31,532 bases of DNA from Candidatus Coprovivens excrementavium (GCA_018711445.1 DVII01000124.1:1-31532), one strand, 5' to 3'. Positions 17,452 to 27,871 are shown, counted from the stretch's first letter. Notes: a model not told the origin generated them from the letters alone. Program-made: numbers and translations.

Positions 17452-17715
17452 ATGGCAAGAAGTTTAAAAAAAGGACCATACGTATTCGATAGATTACTAA
17501 AAAAGGTTCAAGAATTAAATAAAAATAATAAAAAAGAAGTTATTAAAACATGGTCTCGTCGTTCAACTATTTATCCTGATTTCATAGGACATACAATAGC
17601 TGTTCATAATGGTAAAGAATTTATCCCAGTATATATTACTGAAGATATGGTTGGACACAAATTAGGTGAGTTTGCATTAACTCGTAAATTTGGCGGACAT
17701 GCTGGACAAAAGTAG
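17452..17715 (+). CDS. rpsS: 30S ribosomal protein S19
   Basis: RSLKKGP, TWSRRS, GHKLGEF. Confidence 0.98.
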   Translation: MARSLKKGPYVFDRLLKKVQELNKNNKKEVIKTWSRRSTIYPDFIGHTIAVHNGKEFIPVYITEDMVGHKLGEFALTRKFGGHAGQK

Positions 17716-17732
17716 GAAAGGAGAAATAAGTA

Positions 17733-18077
17733 ATGGAAACATATGCAATACATAAAAATGCTATGATCGCTCCTCGTAAAGCAAGAATGACTCTTGATTT
17801 AGTTAGAGGTAAAGACGTTCAAACAGCTCAAGGTATATTAGAAAATACTAATACAAAAGCTAGCAGACTAATCCTAAAAGTTTTAAATTCTGCTATCGCA
17901 AATGCCGTAAATAATAATGGCGCAAATGAATCTGATCTTGTTATCTCTGAATGCTACATTAATCCAGGACAAGTTTTAAAAAGAATCAAATTCGGTTCTA
18001 GAACTAAAGTAGATAGAAGAGATAAAAGAACAAGTCATATCACTATCAAAGTATCTGATAATAAGGAGGTAAAATAG
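17733..18077 (+). CDS. rplV: 50S ribosomal protein L22
   Basis: [19 protein letters not shown]; position in the operon. Confidence 0.96.
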   Translation: METYAIHKNAMIAPRKARMTLDLVRGKDVQTAQGILENTNTKASRLILKVLNSAIANAVNNNGANESDLVISECYINPGQVLKRIKFGSRTKVDRRDKRTSHITIKVSDNKEVK

Positions 18078-18078
18078 T

Positions 18079-18759
18079 ATGGGACAAAAAGTAAATCCAA
18101 TTGGTCTAAGAGTAGGCGTTAATAAAAATTGGGAAGCTAATTGGTTCGCAGACAAAAAAGAATTTGGTAATCTTTTAAACAAAGATAATAAAATTCGTAA
18201 ATATATTGCAACTAAAATGAAAGATGCTGCAATATCAACTGTTCTAATCGAAAGAACTGCTAAAAGAACTGATGTTAAAATCTATACTGCTAAACCTGGT
18301 GTTATTATTGGACATGGCGGAGAAGATATTGAAAAATTAAGAAACGAATTAAAAAAATTAGTTGATGAAGAAATTTATGTTTCAATCATCGAAGTAAAAA
18401 ATCCAGATTTAAATGCTAAATTAGTAGCAGAACAAATCGCTGGCCAAATCGAAGCAAGAGCACCATTCAGAAGCGCTCAAAAGAGAGCAATAAGAAACAC
18501 AATGAAAGCTGGCGCAAAAGGAATTAAAACTGCAGTATCAGGAAGACTTGGTGGAGCAGAAATGGCTCGTACTGAGGGTTATACTGAAGGAACAGTTCCA
18601 TTGCATACAATCAGAGCTGACATTGACTATGCAATTGCAGAAGCTAATACAACATATGGAAAAATTGGTGTAAAAGTTTGGATTTATAAAGGTGAGATTC
18701 TTCCTACTAAAAAAGCTGTGAAGGGAGAGAGCAAAGATGTTAATGCCAAAAAGAACTAA
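18079..18759 (+). CDS. rpsC: 30S ribosomal protein S3
   Basis: [30 protein letters not shown]. Confidence 0.98.
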   Translation: MGQKVNPIGLRVGVNKNWEANWFADKKEFGNLLNKDNKIRKYIATKMKDAAISTVLIERTAKRTDVKIYTAKPGVIIGHGGEDIEKLRNELKKLVDEEIYVSIIEVKNPDLNAKLVAEQIAGQIEARAPFRSAQKRAIRNTMKAGAKGIKTAVSGRLGGAEMARTEGYTEGTVPLHTIRADIDYAIAEANTTYGKIGVKVWIYKGEILPTKKAVKGESKDVNAKKN

Positions 18760-19171
18760 GTATCGTAAACAACATCGTTTATCATACGAAGGAAAAGCTA
18801 AAGGAAATACAGAACTACATTATGGCGAATACGGACTTATGGCTACAGAAGGAACATATATAACTGCTCAACAAATTGAAGCTGCTCGTATCGCAATGAC
18901 TCGTTTTATGAAACGTGGTGGAAAAGTATGGATTAACATCTTCCCACATTTACCATTAACTAAGAAACCTCTTGGTGTTCGTCAAGGTAAAGGTAAAGGT
19001 AACGTTGAACAATGGGTAGCTGTAGTAAAAAAAGGAAAAATCATGTTTGAAGTTGGTGGCGTATCTGAAGAAATTGCTAGAGAAGCATTAAGATTAGCAT
19101 CACACAAACTTCCAGTAACTTGCAAAATAGTTAAGAAAGAAGATAAAGGCGGTGAATCTAATGAAGGTTAA
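18737..19171 (+). CDS. rplP: 50S ribosomal protein L16
   Basis: [27 protein letters not shown]. Confidence 0.97.
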   Translation: MLMPKRTKYRKQHRLSYEGKAKGNTELHYGEYGLMATEGTYITAQQIEAARIAMTRFMKRGGKVWINIFPHLPLTKKPLGVRQGKGKGNVEQWVAVVKKGKIMFEVGGVSEEIAREALRLASHKLPVTCKIVKKEDKGGESNEG

Positions 19172-19373
19172 TGAAGTAGTAAAAGAATTAAGAGCTTTAT
19201 CTGATGATGAATTAAAAAGCAGAATCACAGAATCTAAAAAAGAATTATTTGATCTTAGATTAAAACAATCTACTGGTTCATTAGAAAAACCATCTAGGAT
19301 TCGTGAATTAAGAAAAAACGTTGCTAGAATGAAAACAATCCTAGCAGAAAGAGAAAATGGAGGCGAAAAATAA
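19161..19373 (+). CDS. rpmC: 50S ribosomal protein L29
   Basis: [19 protein letters not shown]; start set at ATG 19161. Confidence 0.95.
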   Translation: MKVNEVVKELRALSDDELKSRITESKKELFDLRLKQSTGSLEKPSRIRELRKNVARMKTILAERENGGEK

Positions 19374-19633
19374 TGGCAGATACTAAAAAGACAACATTAG
19401 TTGGTAAAGTTGTAAGTGCAAAAAATGACAAGACTATTACCGTTTTAGTTGAAACATATAAAAAGCATCCACTTTATGGAAAAAGAGTAAAATATTCAAA
19501 AAAATATACAGCTCATGACGAGTTAAATAAAGCAAAAGAAGGAGACACAGTTAGAATTAGTTCTACTAGACCATTATCTAAAACAAAAAGATATGAATTA
19601 GATGAAGTACTAATCGAAGCTGTTGTTCTATAG
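19373..19633 (+). CDS. rpsQ: 30S ribosomal protein S17
   Basis: [27 protein letters not shown]. Confidence 0.97.
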   Translation: MADTKKTTLVGKVVSAKNDKTITVLVETYKKHPLYGKRVKYSKKYTAHDELNKAKEGDTVRISSTRPLSKTKRYELDEVLIEAVVL

Positions 19634-19644
19634 GGGGTATCATT

Positions 19645-20013
19645 ATGGTAATGCAAGAAACAAGACTTAAAGTTGCCGATAACTCTGGAGCTCGTGAATT
19701 ACTTGTTATTAGAGTTGTAGGTGGAAGTAGAGTAAAAAGCGGTAACATTGGTGATATCGTTATTGGAACAGTAAAAAAAGCTATTCCAAACAGTAATATT
19801 CCTAAGGGAAAAGTTGTAAAAGCTGTAATCGTTAGAACAGTTGAAGGTGTTAGAAGAGCTGATGGTTCATACATTAAATTTGATGACAATGCATGTGTAT
19901 TGATTAGAGAAGATAAGAGTCCAATTGGAACAAGAGTTTTAGGACCTGTTGCTCGTGAACTTCGTGAAAAAGATTTCATGAAAATCGTATCACTTGCACC
20001 TGAAGTACTATAG
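19645..20013 (+). CDS. rplN: 50S ribosomal protein L14
   Basis: [29 protein letters not shown]. Confidence 0.98.
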   Translation: MVMQETRLKVADNSGARELLVIRVVGGSRVKSGNIGDIVIGTVKKAIPNSNIPKGKVVKAVIVRTVEGVRRADGSYIKFDDNACVLIREDKSPIGTRVLGPVARELREKDFMKIVSLAPEVL

Positions 20014-20027
20014 GAGGTAAGCAGAAT

Positions 20028-20333
20028 ATGAAAGTTAAAGTTGGCGACAATGTAAAAGTTTTAGCTGGAAAAGATAAAGGCAAAACTGGTAGAATTATTA
20101 AAACTCTAATCAAAGAAAATAAAGTAGTTGTTGAAGGAATTAACATCGTAAAAAAACACATTAAACCAAATCGTATGAATGAAGTAGGTTCTATCGTTGA
20201 AGTAGAAGCTCCAATTCATGTATCTAACGTTAAAGTAATTACAGAAGAAAAAGCAACAAAGAAAGCTGAAACTAAAAAAACTGAAACAAAGACAACAAAA
20301 AAATCAAAAAAAACAGAAGAGAAAGCTAGTTAG
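20028..20333 (+). CDS. rplX: 50S ribosomal protein L24 with replaced C-terminus
   Basis: [14 protein letters not shown] (KOW), EAPIHVSNV. Confidence 0.95.
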   Translation: MKVKVGDNVKVLAGKDKGKTGRIIKTLIKENKVVVEGINIVKKHIKPNRMNEVGSIVEVEAPIHVSNVKVITEEKATKKAETKKTETKTTKKSKKTEEKAS

Positions 20334-20344
20334 TGGGTGAAGAT

Positions 20345-20884
20345 ATGAGTACATTTAAAAAATTATATAATGAACAAATAACTGACTCTCTAATGAAAAA
20401 ATTCAATTATTCTTCTAAAATGGAAGTTCCAAAATTAGAAAAAATAGTTATAAATATGGGAGTTGGAGAAGCTTCACATGATGCAAAATTCATTGAAGCA
20501 GCAGTTAAAGATCTAGAATTAATATCTGGTCAAAAACCTGTTGTAACAAAAGCTCGTAAATCAATAGCTGGCTTTAAAATTAGAGAAGGCCAAGTAATTG
20601 GAGCAAAAGTTACATTACGTGGTGAAAACATGTATAATTTCATGGAAAAACTAATCAAAATTGCTCTTCCACGTGTTAGAGATTTTAGAGGTATATCTAA
20701 AACTGCATTTGATGGTAAAGGAAATTATACTTTAGGAATAAAAGAACAAATTATATTCCCAGAAATTGAATATGATCAAGTACTAAAAATAAGAGGTATG
20801 GATATCGTATTCGTAACAACAGCAAAAACAAACGAAGAAGCATTCGAATTATTAAATGGATTCGGAATGCCATTTAGAAAGTAA
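20345..20884 (+). CDS. rplE: 50S ribosomal protein L5
   Basis: [23 protein letters not shown]; start set at ATG 20345. Confidence 0.98.
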   Translation: MSTFKKLYNEQITDSLMKKFNYSSKMEVPKLEKIVINMGVGEASHDAKFIEAAVKDLELISGQKPVVTKARKSIAGFKIREGQVIGAKVTLRGENMYNFMEKLIKIALPRVRDFRGISKTAFDGKGNYTLGIKEQIIFPEIEYDQVLKIRGMDIVFVTTAKTNEEAFELLNGFGMPFRK

Positions 20885-20906
20885 TTAAAGGAGGAGGAAA
20901 ATATTT

Positions 20907-21092
20907 ATGGCAAAGACTAGTTTAAAAGTTAAACAACAAAGACCTGCAAAATTTAAATCAAGAGCTTATACTCGTTGCGAAAGATGTGGACGTCCTCATG
21001 GAGTTCTTCGTAAATATAAGTTATGTCGTATTTGCTTTAGAGAAATGGCAAATAACGGACAAATTCCTGGCGTTAAGAAGTCAAGTTGGTAG
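20907..21092 (+). CDS. rpsN: 30S ribosomal protein S14, Zn-binding (type Z) form
   Basis: CERCGR...CRIC, KSSW; 61 aa. Confidence 0.97.
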   Translation: MAKTSLKVKQQRPAKFKSRAYTRCERCGRPHGVLRKYKLCRICFREMANNGQIPGVKKSSW

Positions 21093-21110
21093 AAAGGAGG
21101 AATTTAGACT

Positions 21111-21506
21111 ATGGTAGGAGATATAATATCAGATATGCTTACAAGAATTCGTAATGCAAATCAAATGAAATATGAAACTGTTGAAGTTTTAGGATCAAAG
21201 ATGACTTTAGGTATTGCTGAAATCTTAAAACGTGAAGGTTATATTGCTGATTTCAAATATGAAAAAAATACTAAAGGCGATAAATTAAATTTAACACTAA
21301 AATATGGTGATAAAAAAGAAAGAGTAATTACAGGTTTAAAAAGAATCTCTAAATCTGGATTACGTGTCTATGCCAAATGTGATGAAATTCCTCGTGTACT
21401 TAATGGTTTAGGAATTGCAATCATTTCAACTTCAAAAGGATTAATGACTGACAAAGAAGCTCGTGAAGCTGGTCTAGGAGGAGAAGTACTTGCCTATATT
21501 TGGTAA
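21111..21506 (+). CDS. rpsH: 30S ribosomal protein S8
   Basis: [23 protein letters not shown]. Confidence 0.98.
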   Translation: MVGDIISDMLTRIRNANQMKYETVEVLGSKMTLGIAEILKREGYIADFKYEKNTKGDKLNLTLKYGDKKERVITGLKRISKSGLRVYAKCDEIPRVLNGLGIAIISTSKGLMTDKEAREAGLGGEVLAYIW

Positions 21507-21519
21507 GGAAAATTAGGTT

Positions 21520-22059
21520 ATGAGTAGAATAGGAAAAAGAGAATTAGTTATCCCATCTGGAGTAACTGTAACTGTTGATAATAATACTATAACTGTTAAG
21601 GGACCTAAAGGTGAACTAACTTATAATAAAGCAGACATTATTACTGTTGAAGAAGTTGATGGCAAAATTATTACAAAAAGACCAAACGATACTAAAGTTG
21701 CTAAACAATTACATGGTACAACAAATGCTTTAATTAAAAATATGATTACAGGAGTAACTGAAGGATTTCAAAAAGGTCTTGAAGCAGTTGGAGTTGGATA
21801 TAGATTCCAAGTTCAAGGTAATAAGATTAATATAAATGCTGGTTATTCACATCCAGTAATTATAGAAGTTCCTGCTGATTTAAAAGCAGAACAAGTAAGT
21901 AACACTGAAATAACAATTTCAGGTATCGATAAGCAAAAGGTTACTGAATTTGCGGCAAATGTACGTAGTGTAAGAGAACCAGAACCTTATAAAGGTAAAG
22001 GTATTCGTTACAAAGGTGAATATGTTCGTCGTAAAGAAGGTAAGAAAGCAGCTAAATAA
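21520..22059 (+). CDS. rplF: 50S ribosomal protein L6
   Basis: [21 protein letters not shown]. Confidence 0.98.
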   Translation: MSRIGKRELVIPSGVTVTVDNNTITVKGPKGELTYNKADIITVEEVDGKIITKRPNDTKVAKQLHGTTNALIKNMITGVTEGFQKGLEAVGVGYRFQVQGNKININAGYSHPVIIEVPADLKAEQVSNTEITISGIDKQKVTEFAANVRSVREPEPYKGKGIRYKGEYVRRKEGKKAAK

Positions 22060-22079
22060 GGGTAAGGAGTCGAGATATT

Positions 22080-22436
22080 ATGATAGTTAAAGAATCAAGA
22101 AACGAAATGCGTAAAAAAAGACATTCTCGTATCCGTAACAAAATAAGCGGAACTGCTGAATGCCCAAGATTAAACGTATTTAGATCAAATACACAGATAT
22201 TTGCTCAAATTATCGATGATGTTAAGGGCGTTACTCTAGCTAGCTCTTCATCTGTCGAATTAAAAATTAAAAATGGTGGTAATGTTGAAGGCGCTAAATT
22301 AGTAGGTAAAGACATTGCCGAAAAAGCTAAGAAAATTAATATTAATAAAGTAGTTTTCGATAGAGGTGGATACCTTTACCACGGACGTGTTCAAGCTTTA
22401 GCTGAAGCAGCACGTGAAAATGGACTAGAATTCTAA
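22080..22436 (+). CDS. rplR: 50S ribosomal protein L18
   Basis: [21 protein letters not shown]. Confidence 0.98.
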   Translation: MIVKESRNEMRKKRHSRIRNKISGTAECPRLNVFRSNTQIFAQIIDDVKGVTLASSSSVELKIKNGGNVEGAKLVGKDIAEKAKKININKVVFDRGGYLYHGRVQALAEAARENGLEF

Positions 22437-22452
22437 GAGGGAGGTACAGATT

Positions 22453-22956
22453 ATGCCAAAAACAAAAATGGACTCTAAGAAAAACTTGCTTGAAGAAAAA
22501 GTTGTTTCAATTGGCCGTGTAACAAAAGTTACTAAAGGTGGTCGTCATTTTAGATTTTCAGCAACAGTAGTTGTTGGAAATAGAAAAGGGCTAGTTGGAA
22601 TCGGAACAGGAAAAGCTAACGAAGTTCCTGAAGCTATTAAAAAAGCTATTCAAGCAGCTAATAAAAACGTAACAAAGATTGCTTTAATTGATAACAGAAC
22701 AATCCCACATGAAGCTATAGGAAAAATAGGACGTGCTCAAGTTCTAATTAAACCTGCTAAAGAAGGTACTGGAGTTATCGCTGGTGGATCTGCCAGAGAT
22801 GTACTTGAACTTGCTGGTGTACGTGATATAGTTTCAAAATCACTTGGATCAAATACTAAAATTAATGTTGCAAAAGCTACTTTAGAAGCTCTTAAAATGC
22901 AAAGAACACCTGAACACATTGCAGCTTTAAGAGGAAAGAAAGTTGAGGAGTTGTAG
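22453..22956 (+). CDS. rpsE: 30S ribosomal protein S5
   Basis: [23 protein letters not shown]. Confidence 0.98.
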   Translation: MPKTKMDSKKNLLEEKVVSIGRVTKVTKGGRHFRFSATVVVGNRKGLVGIGTGKANEVPEAIKKAIQAANKNVTKIALIDNRTIPHEAIGKIGRAQVLIKPAKEGTGVIAGGSARDVLELAGVRDIVSKSLGSNTKINVAKATLEALKMQRTPEHIAALRGKKVEEL

Positions 22957-22957
22957 T

Positions 22958-23401
22958 ATGAAATTAAATGAATTAGCACAATCTCCAGAAGCAAAAAGAA
23001 AGAAAATAGTAGGACGTGGACCTGGAAGCGGTAGAGGAAAAACTGCTACAAGAGGTCAAAAAGGTCAAAAATCTCGTTCTGGTGCAAGTATTCCAGCTTG
23101 GTTCCAAGGTGGACAAACTCCACTATATAGAAGAGTTCCAAAACGTGGTTTTAAAAATACTAAATTTAGAACTGAATTTGCAACAATTAATTTAAGTGAT
23201 TTAAATAAATTCTTCAATGATGGAGACATTGTAACTCCAGAAGTATTAAAAGAAAAGGGAATTATCAAAAAACAACTTTGTGGCGTAAAAGTCTTAGGCA
23301 ATGGTGAACTAGAAAAGAAATTAACTATTAAAGCTAATAGATTCTCAAGTTCAGCCGTTACAAAAATTGAAAGTGCTGGCGGAAAAGCAGAGGTGATCTA
23401 G
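22958..23401 (+). CDS. rplO: 50S ribosomal protein L15
   Basis: GRGPGSGRGKT, GGQTPLYRRVPKRGF; start set at ATG 22958 behind GAGGAG. Confidence 0.97.
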   Translation: MKLNELAQSPEAKRKKIVGRGPGSGRGKTATRGQKGQKSRSGASIPAWFQGGQTPLYRRVPKRGFKNTKFRTEFATINLSDLNKFFNDGDIVTPEVLKEKGIIKKQLCGVKVLGNGELEKKLTIKANRFSSSAVTKIESAGGKAEVI

Positions 23402-24661
23402 ATGTTTTCTAACCTAAAACAGCTATTTAACCGTAACAATAAAGATTTAAGAAAGAGAATATATTTTACACTATTTTGTTTAGCAGTATTTAGCTTTGGA
23501 AGTACTATAACAGTTCCATGGGCTAATACCGTATATGAAGAATTAGGATTTTTAGAAATCTTTAACCTAATGACAGGTGGAGGCTTATCTTCATTCTCCA
23601 TCTTTGCCTTAGGTGTTACACCATATATTACTGCTCAAATTATTACTCAATTATTACAAATGGATATTATTCCATACTTTAAAGAATTAAAAGAACAAGG
23701 ATATACAGGAAAACAAAAAATAAATCAAATCACAAGATATCTTGGTGTAGCATTTGCTTTTATCCAAGGATATATCTTTACAATTGTTTTCTCAGCCTCT
23801 AATGATTGGTCTACCATTTTAAAAACAACTGTTGTTTTAACAGCAGGTACATGTTTACTATTATGGATTGGTGATCAAATTACTAAAAGAGGAATTGGTA
23901 ATGGTCTATCATTATTAATTATGGCTGGTATTCTTCAATCTATGCCAAGTGTTTTCGTTAATGCATTTAATGAATTAGTATTAGCAGAAACATTTAACAC
24001 TATCGTAGGTTCATTATTATTTGCTTCTTTTGTAATAATATATTTATTAATAATTGTCGGCATGGTATGGGTGCAACTTGCCGAAAGAAGAATCCCTATT
24101 CAATATGCTAATCGAACAAATAGTGCATATGGAGGACATCAAAATTTCCTTCCAATAAAAATAAATTCAGCTGGAGTTATTCCAGTTATCTTTGCATCAA
24201 CATTAATGGCAATTCCTACAACCGTTGTTAACTTTATAGACAATCAATCAGCTATTGACTTTGTTAATAAATATATTGTCAATACATCATTAACAGGTTT
24301 TGTCATCTATGTATTCTTGATTTTCTTCTTCGGATATTTTTATACTTTCTTACAAATGAATCCTGAAGAAATGTCAAAGAATTTAAGCAAAAGTGGTGCA
24401 TATATTCCTGGCGTTAGACCTGGGAATAATACAATTGAATACGTAAGTAACGTATTAAGTAAACTAACAATAGTAGGTTCTTTATTCCTAGTTATTATTG
24501 CAGGATTACCAATACTATTTTCTAACTTCTCAGGACTTTCAAGTTCTGTAACAATTGGAGGAACTGGATTACTTATCGTTGTTGGTGTTGCTATTGAAAC
24601 ATATAAGCAACTAGAAAGTAGCTTAATAAGTAGAAGTCATAGGGCAGGTATAAGAAGATAA
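23402..24661 (+). CDS. secY: Preprotein translocase subunit SecY
   Basis: FSIFALGVTPYITAQI, GIGNG, AGVIPVIFA, GAYIPGVRPG, GGTGLLIVVGV. Confidence 0.98.
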   Translation: MFSNLKQLFNRNNKDLRKRIYFTLFCLAVFSFGSTITVPWANTVYEELGFLEIFNLMTGGGLSSFSIFALGVTPYITAQIITQLLQMDIIPYFKELKEQGYTGKQKINQITRYLGVAFAFIQGYIFTIVFSASNDWSTILKTTVVLTAGTCLLLWIGDQITKRGIGNGLSLLIMAGILQSMPSVFVNAFNELVLAETFNTIVGSLLFASFVIIYLLIIVGMVWVQLAERRIPIQYANRTNSAYGGHQNFLPIKINSAGVIPVIFASTLMAIPTTVVNFIDNQSAIDFVNKYIVNTSLTGFVIYVFLIFFFGYFYTFLQMNPEEMSKNLSKSGAYIPGVRPGNNTIEYVSNVLSKLTIVGSLFLVIIAGLPILFSNFSGLSSSVTIGGTGLLIVVGVAIETYKQLESSLISRSHRAGIRR

Positions 24662-25326
24662 TGAATATTATATTTATAGCTCCTCCTGCAGCAGGAAAAG
24701 GAACATTGAGCGATAAGCTTGTTTCAAAATACGATTACAAACACCTATCTACAGGAGATTTATTAAGAGCTGAAATAAAGAAAAAATCCGATTTAGGAAA
24801 AAGAATCGATAAAATAATATCAAAAGGCGAATTGGTAAGTGATGAAATAATCACTGAACTTCTAAAGAATGAATTACAAAAAATAAAAAAGGAAAAATTC
24901 ATTTTAGATGGATATCCAAGAAATATAACTCAAGCAAAGACTCTCAGTAAATTATTTGCAGAACTAGAAATTAGTGATTATGTTGCAATATATTTAGATA
25001 TCAAAGAGGAACTTGCTATGAAAAGAGCTCTTGGAAGAATAATTTGTTCAAAATGTGGAGCAAGTTATAACACATATTTTGAAAATTTTATGCCTCGAAA
25101 AGAAGGAATTTGTGATAAATGCGGTAGTGAACTACAACATCGTGTTGACGATACTGAAGAGACTTTCAAAAAAAGATTTATTACTTATATTGAAGTAACA
25201 TCTCCAGTATTAGATTATTATAAAGAAATGAACAAACTTCAAATAATCGATGCAAATTATGAATCAGATGATGTATTTAAAGTAGTTGAACAAATTCTTG
25301 ATGATGGGAATGTTGATAACAAATAA
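24661..25326 (+). CDS. adk: Adenylate kinase with Zn-finger LID
   Basis: APPAAGKGT, HLSTGDLLR, LDGYPR, CSKC...CDKC, RVDD. Confidence 0.96.
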   Translation: MNIIFIAPPAAGKGTLSDKLVSKYDYKHLSTGDLLRAEIKKKSDLGKRIDKIISKGELVSDEIITELLKNELQKIKKEKFILDGYPRNITQAKTLSKLFAELEISDYVAIYLDIKEELAMKRALGRIICSKCGASYNTYFENFMPRKEGICDKCGSELQHRVDDTEETFKKRFITYIEVTSPVLDYYKEMNKLQIIDANYESDDVFKVVEQILDDGNVDNK

Positions 25327-25337
25327 GTTATCAACAT
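25310..25337 (+). other. Perfect 11-bp hairpin covering the adk stop codon, without a U tract
   Basis: ATGTTGATAAC-aaataa-GTTATCAACAT. Confidence 0.7.
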
Positions 25338-25381
25338 CCATACCATCAAAAATGGCAAAAAAAATTATATAGGAGATAAAT

Positions 25382-25600
25382 ATGGCTAAAGAAGAGAAAA
25401 TTGAAGTTGAAGGTAAGGTTGTGGAAATCCTAAAAGGAGGAACTCCAATCGTTGAATTACCTAATGGACATACTGTAGAAGCCTACGTTTCTGGTAAAAT
25501 GCGAGTTAATATGATTCGTATCTTACCAGGTGATACAGTTACAATAGAATTATCGCCTTATGATTTAACACGTGGGCGTATAATATGGAATAAAAAATAA
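25382..25600 (+). CDS. infA: Translation initiation factor IF-1
   Basis: [25 protein letters not shown]. Confidence 0.97.
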   Translation: MAKEEKIEVEGKVVEILKGGTPIVELPNGHTVEAYVSGKMRVNMIRILPGDTVTIELSPYDLTRGRIIWNKK

Positions 25601-25613
25601 TGGAGGTACAATT

Positions 25614-25727
25614 ATGAAAGTTAGACCATCAGTTAAAAAGATTTGTGCAAAATGCAAAATTATAAGAAGAAAAGGAAAAATCATGGTTATTTGTGAAAAT
25701 CCAAAACACAAACAAAAACAAGGTTAA
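25614..25727 (+). CDS. rpmJ: 50S ribosomal protein L36 (missed by the ORF track)
   Basis: Translated by hand: [37 protein letters not shown] (37 aa); GGAGG RBS; CxxC...CxxxxH Zn form. Confidence 0.98.
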   Translation: MKVRPSVKKICAKCKIIRRKGKIMVICENPKHKQKQG

Positions 25728-25740
25728 TAGGAGGTAAAAC

Positions 25741-26115
25741 ATGGCACGTATTAAAAATATTGAATTACCAGGCGAAAAACATACTTGTATAGGATTAACT
25801 GCTATTTATGGTATAGGTAGAAGTTTAGCAAATACAATCTGCGATAATGCTGGAGTAGATAGAAAGAAAAAAATTAAAGATTTAACTGACGAAGAAATTA
25901 CAAAACTACGTTCAGAAGTTGACAAACATATGGTTGAAGGAGATCTACGTCGTGAAGTTCAATTAAATATTAAAAACAAAATGGAAATTAATAGTTATCA
26001 AGGAACTAGACATAAAAAAGGACTTCCTGTACATGGTCAAAGAACTTCAAGAAATGCTCGTACAAGAAAAGGTAAAGGTAAAGTAGTTGCTAATAAGAAG
26101 AAAGCTACTAAATAA
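25741..26115 (+). CDS. rpsM: 30S ribosomal protein S13
   Basis: [28 protein letters not shown]. Confidence 0.97.
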   Translation: MARIKNIELPGEKHTCIGLTAIYGIGRSLANTICDNAGVDRKKKIKDLTDEEITKLRSEVDKHMVEGDLRREVQLNIKNKMEINSYQGTRHKKGLPVHGQRTSRNARTRKGKGKVVANKKKATK

Positions 26116-26136
26116 TAAATAGGAGGTTAAAAGATT

Positions 26137-26520
26137 ATGGCTTATAATAGAAGAAAAAGAAAAATTAAGAAAAATATCCCTGAAGCACAAGCTCATATTC
26201 ATTCAACATATAACAATACCGTTGTAACAATTACAGATAAAGAAGGAAATGTTATCAGTTGGGCTTCTGCTGGAACAATCGGATACAAGGGTTCAAAGAA
26301 GAAAACTCCATTTGCTGCTGGTATGAGTGCTGAAGCTGCTGCTAAAGTTGCAATGGATAATGGAGTTAAAAAAGTAGAAGTATTTGTTAAAGGATTAGGT
26401 GCAGGACGTGAAAACGCAATTCGTTCATTACAAACTGCAGGATTAGAAATTACATCTATTAATGACGTTACTCCAGTTCCACATAACGGATGTCGTCCAC
26501 CAAAACGTCCAAGAAATTAA
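26137..26520 (+). CDS. rpsK: 30S ribosomal protein S11
   Basis: [25 protein letters not shown]. Confidence 0.98.
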   Translation: MAYNRRKRKIKKNIPEAQAHIHSTYNNTVVTITDKEGNVISWASAGTIGYKGSKKKTPFAAGMSAEAAAKVAMDNGVKKVEVFVKGLGAGRENAIRSLQTAGLEITSINDVTPVPHNGCRPPKRPRN

Positions 26521-26542
26521 TTGAAAGAAGGGACTTAAGGAT

Positions 26543-27487
26543 ATGTTAAGATTTGAAAAACCAGAATATAAAATAACAGAATACATTGAAAGCAACCACT
26601 ATGGAAAATTTGAATTAGAGCCACTTGAAAGAGGCTTTGGTACAACAATTGGTAATGCACTAAGAAGAGTTATGTTATCTTCACTACCTGGAAGTGCAAT
26701 TACGTCTGTTAAAATAGAAGGTGTAATGCACGAGTTCCAAAAGATAGATGGTGTAGTAGAAGATGTTACAGCTATCGTTCTTGCTTTAAAAAGTGTAGTT
26801 ATTAAAAATCACTCAAACGAAGATAAAATTATAAGACTATATGCTGATAAAGAAGGAACTGTAACTGCTGGGGATATCGAAAGAGATGCTGACATTGAAA
26901 TAATAAATCCAGATTTAGTTATTGCTAACCTTGTAAAAGGTGGAAAATTAGATATGGAAATGACAGTAAGCAATGGTCGTGGATATGTTGATTCTAAAAC
27001 AAATCAAAAACTTTTAGGTGAAAACAAAATCGGCGTTATTGCTATAGACTCATTATACTCACCAATCGAGAGAGTAAGTTATGAAGTAGAAAGTGCTCGT
27101 GTTGGTCAAAATGAAAACTTCGATAAACTTATTATCAATGTATATACAAACGGATCAATAACTCCAGAAGAAGCAATGGCTTTATCTGCACGTATATTAA
27201 TTGAACATTTCAATATTATTACTGATTTAAATGCAATAAGTGATGTGTCAGGTTTAATGGCAGAAAAGAAAGTAGATACTATTACTAAGACTTTAGAAAC
27301 TCCTATTGAAGAAATTGAATTCTCAGTACGTGCTTATAACTGCTTAAAAAGAGCTGGTATAAATACAGTTCAAGATTTAATTTCTAAGAAAGAAATAGAA
27401 GTAACTAAAATCCGTAATTTAGGTAAAAAGTCATTAAAAGAAGTTATTGATAAGGTAAAAGAAATGGGACTTAAGTTCCGCGATTAA
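26543..27487 (+). CDS. rpoA: RNA polymerase subunit alpha
   Basis: EPLERGFGTTIGNALRR, alphaCTD SVRAYNCLKRAGI and RNLGKKS. Confidence 0.98.
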   Translation: MLRFEKPEYKITEYIESNHYGKFELEPLERGFGTTIGNALRRVMLSSLPGSAITSVKIEGVMHEFQKIDGVVEDVTAIVLALKSVVIKNHSNEDKIIRLYADKEGTVTAGDIERDADIEIINPDLVIANLVKGGKLDMEMTVSNGRGYVDSKTNQKLLGENKIGVIAIDSLYSPIERVSYEVESARVGQNENFDKLIINVYTNGSITPEEAMALSARILIEHFNIITDLNAISDVSGLMAEKKVDTITKTLETPIEEIEFSVRAYNCLKRAGINTVQDLISKKEIEVTKIRNLGKKSLKEVIDKVKEMGLKFRD

Positions 27488-27513
27488 TATAAAAACAAGG
27501 AGGTAAAATACTT

Positions 27514-27858
27514 ATGGCAAAGTATAGAAGATTAAATAGAGAAAAAAGTATACGTAGAAGTATTTTAGCTGGTTTAACTAAAGATGTTATTCTTAACGAA
27601 TCAGTTGTAACTACTGAAGCAAGAGCAAAAGAAGTAAGAAAATTTGTTGATAAAATGATTACTTACGGAAAAAAAGGAACTTTAGTTTCAAGAAGAAAAG
27701 CTTTAGCTTTTGTAAACAATGATACTCAAGTTATAGATAAAGTATTTAGTGAATTAGCTAAACGTTATGAAACTAGAAATGGTGGATACACTAGAATCAT
27801 AAAATTAAAAGAAAGAGTTGGCGACGACGCTCTAACTGTAAAATTAGAACTAGTATAA
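27514..27858 (+). CDS. rplQ: 50S ribosomal protein L17
   Basis: TTEARAKE, RNGGYTRIIK, RVGD. Confidence 0.97.
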   Translation: MAKYRRLNREKSIRRSILAGLTKDVILNESVVTTEARAKEVRKFVDKMITYGKKGTLVSRRKALAFVNNDTQVIDKVFSELAKRYETRNGGYTRIIKLKERVGDDALTVKLELV

Positions 27859-27871
27859 TAGTTCTTTTTTT
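27846..27871. terminator. Terminator of the ribosomal superoperon, shared with the convergent gene
   Basis: AGAACTA-gtataa-TAGTTCT stem plus T tract. Confidence 0.7.

Noticed and set aside
24661-24700. Adk P-loop APPAAGKGT as an inactivating change
   Set aside because: The GKGT core, NMP-binding, LDGYPR and LID motifs are intact; likely a tolerated lineage variant.
26520-26543. rpsD absent between rpsK and rpoA
   Set aside because: Normal for Bacilli, where rpsD is encoded elsewhere.
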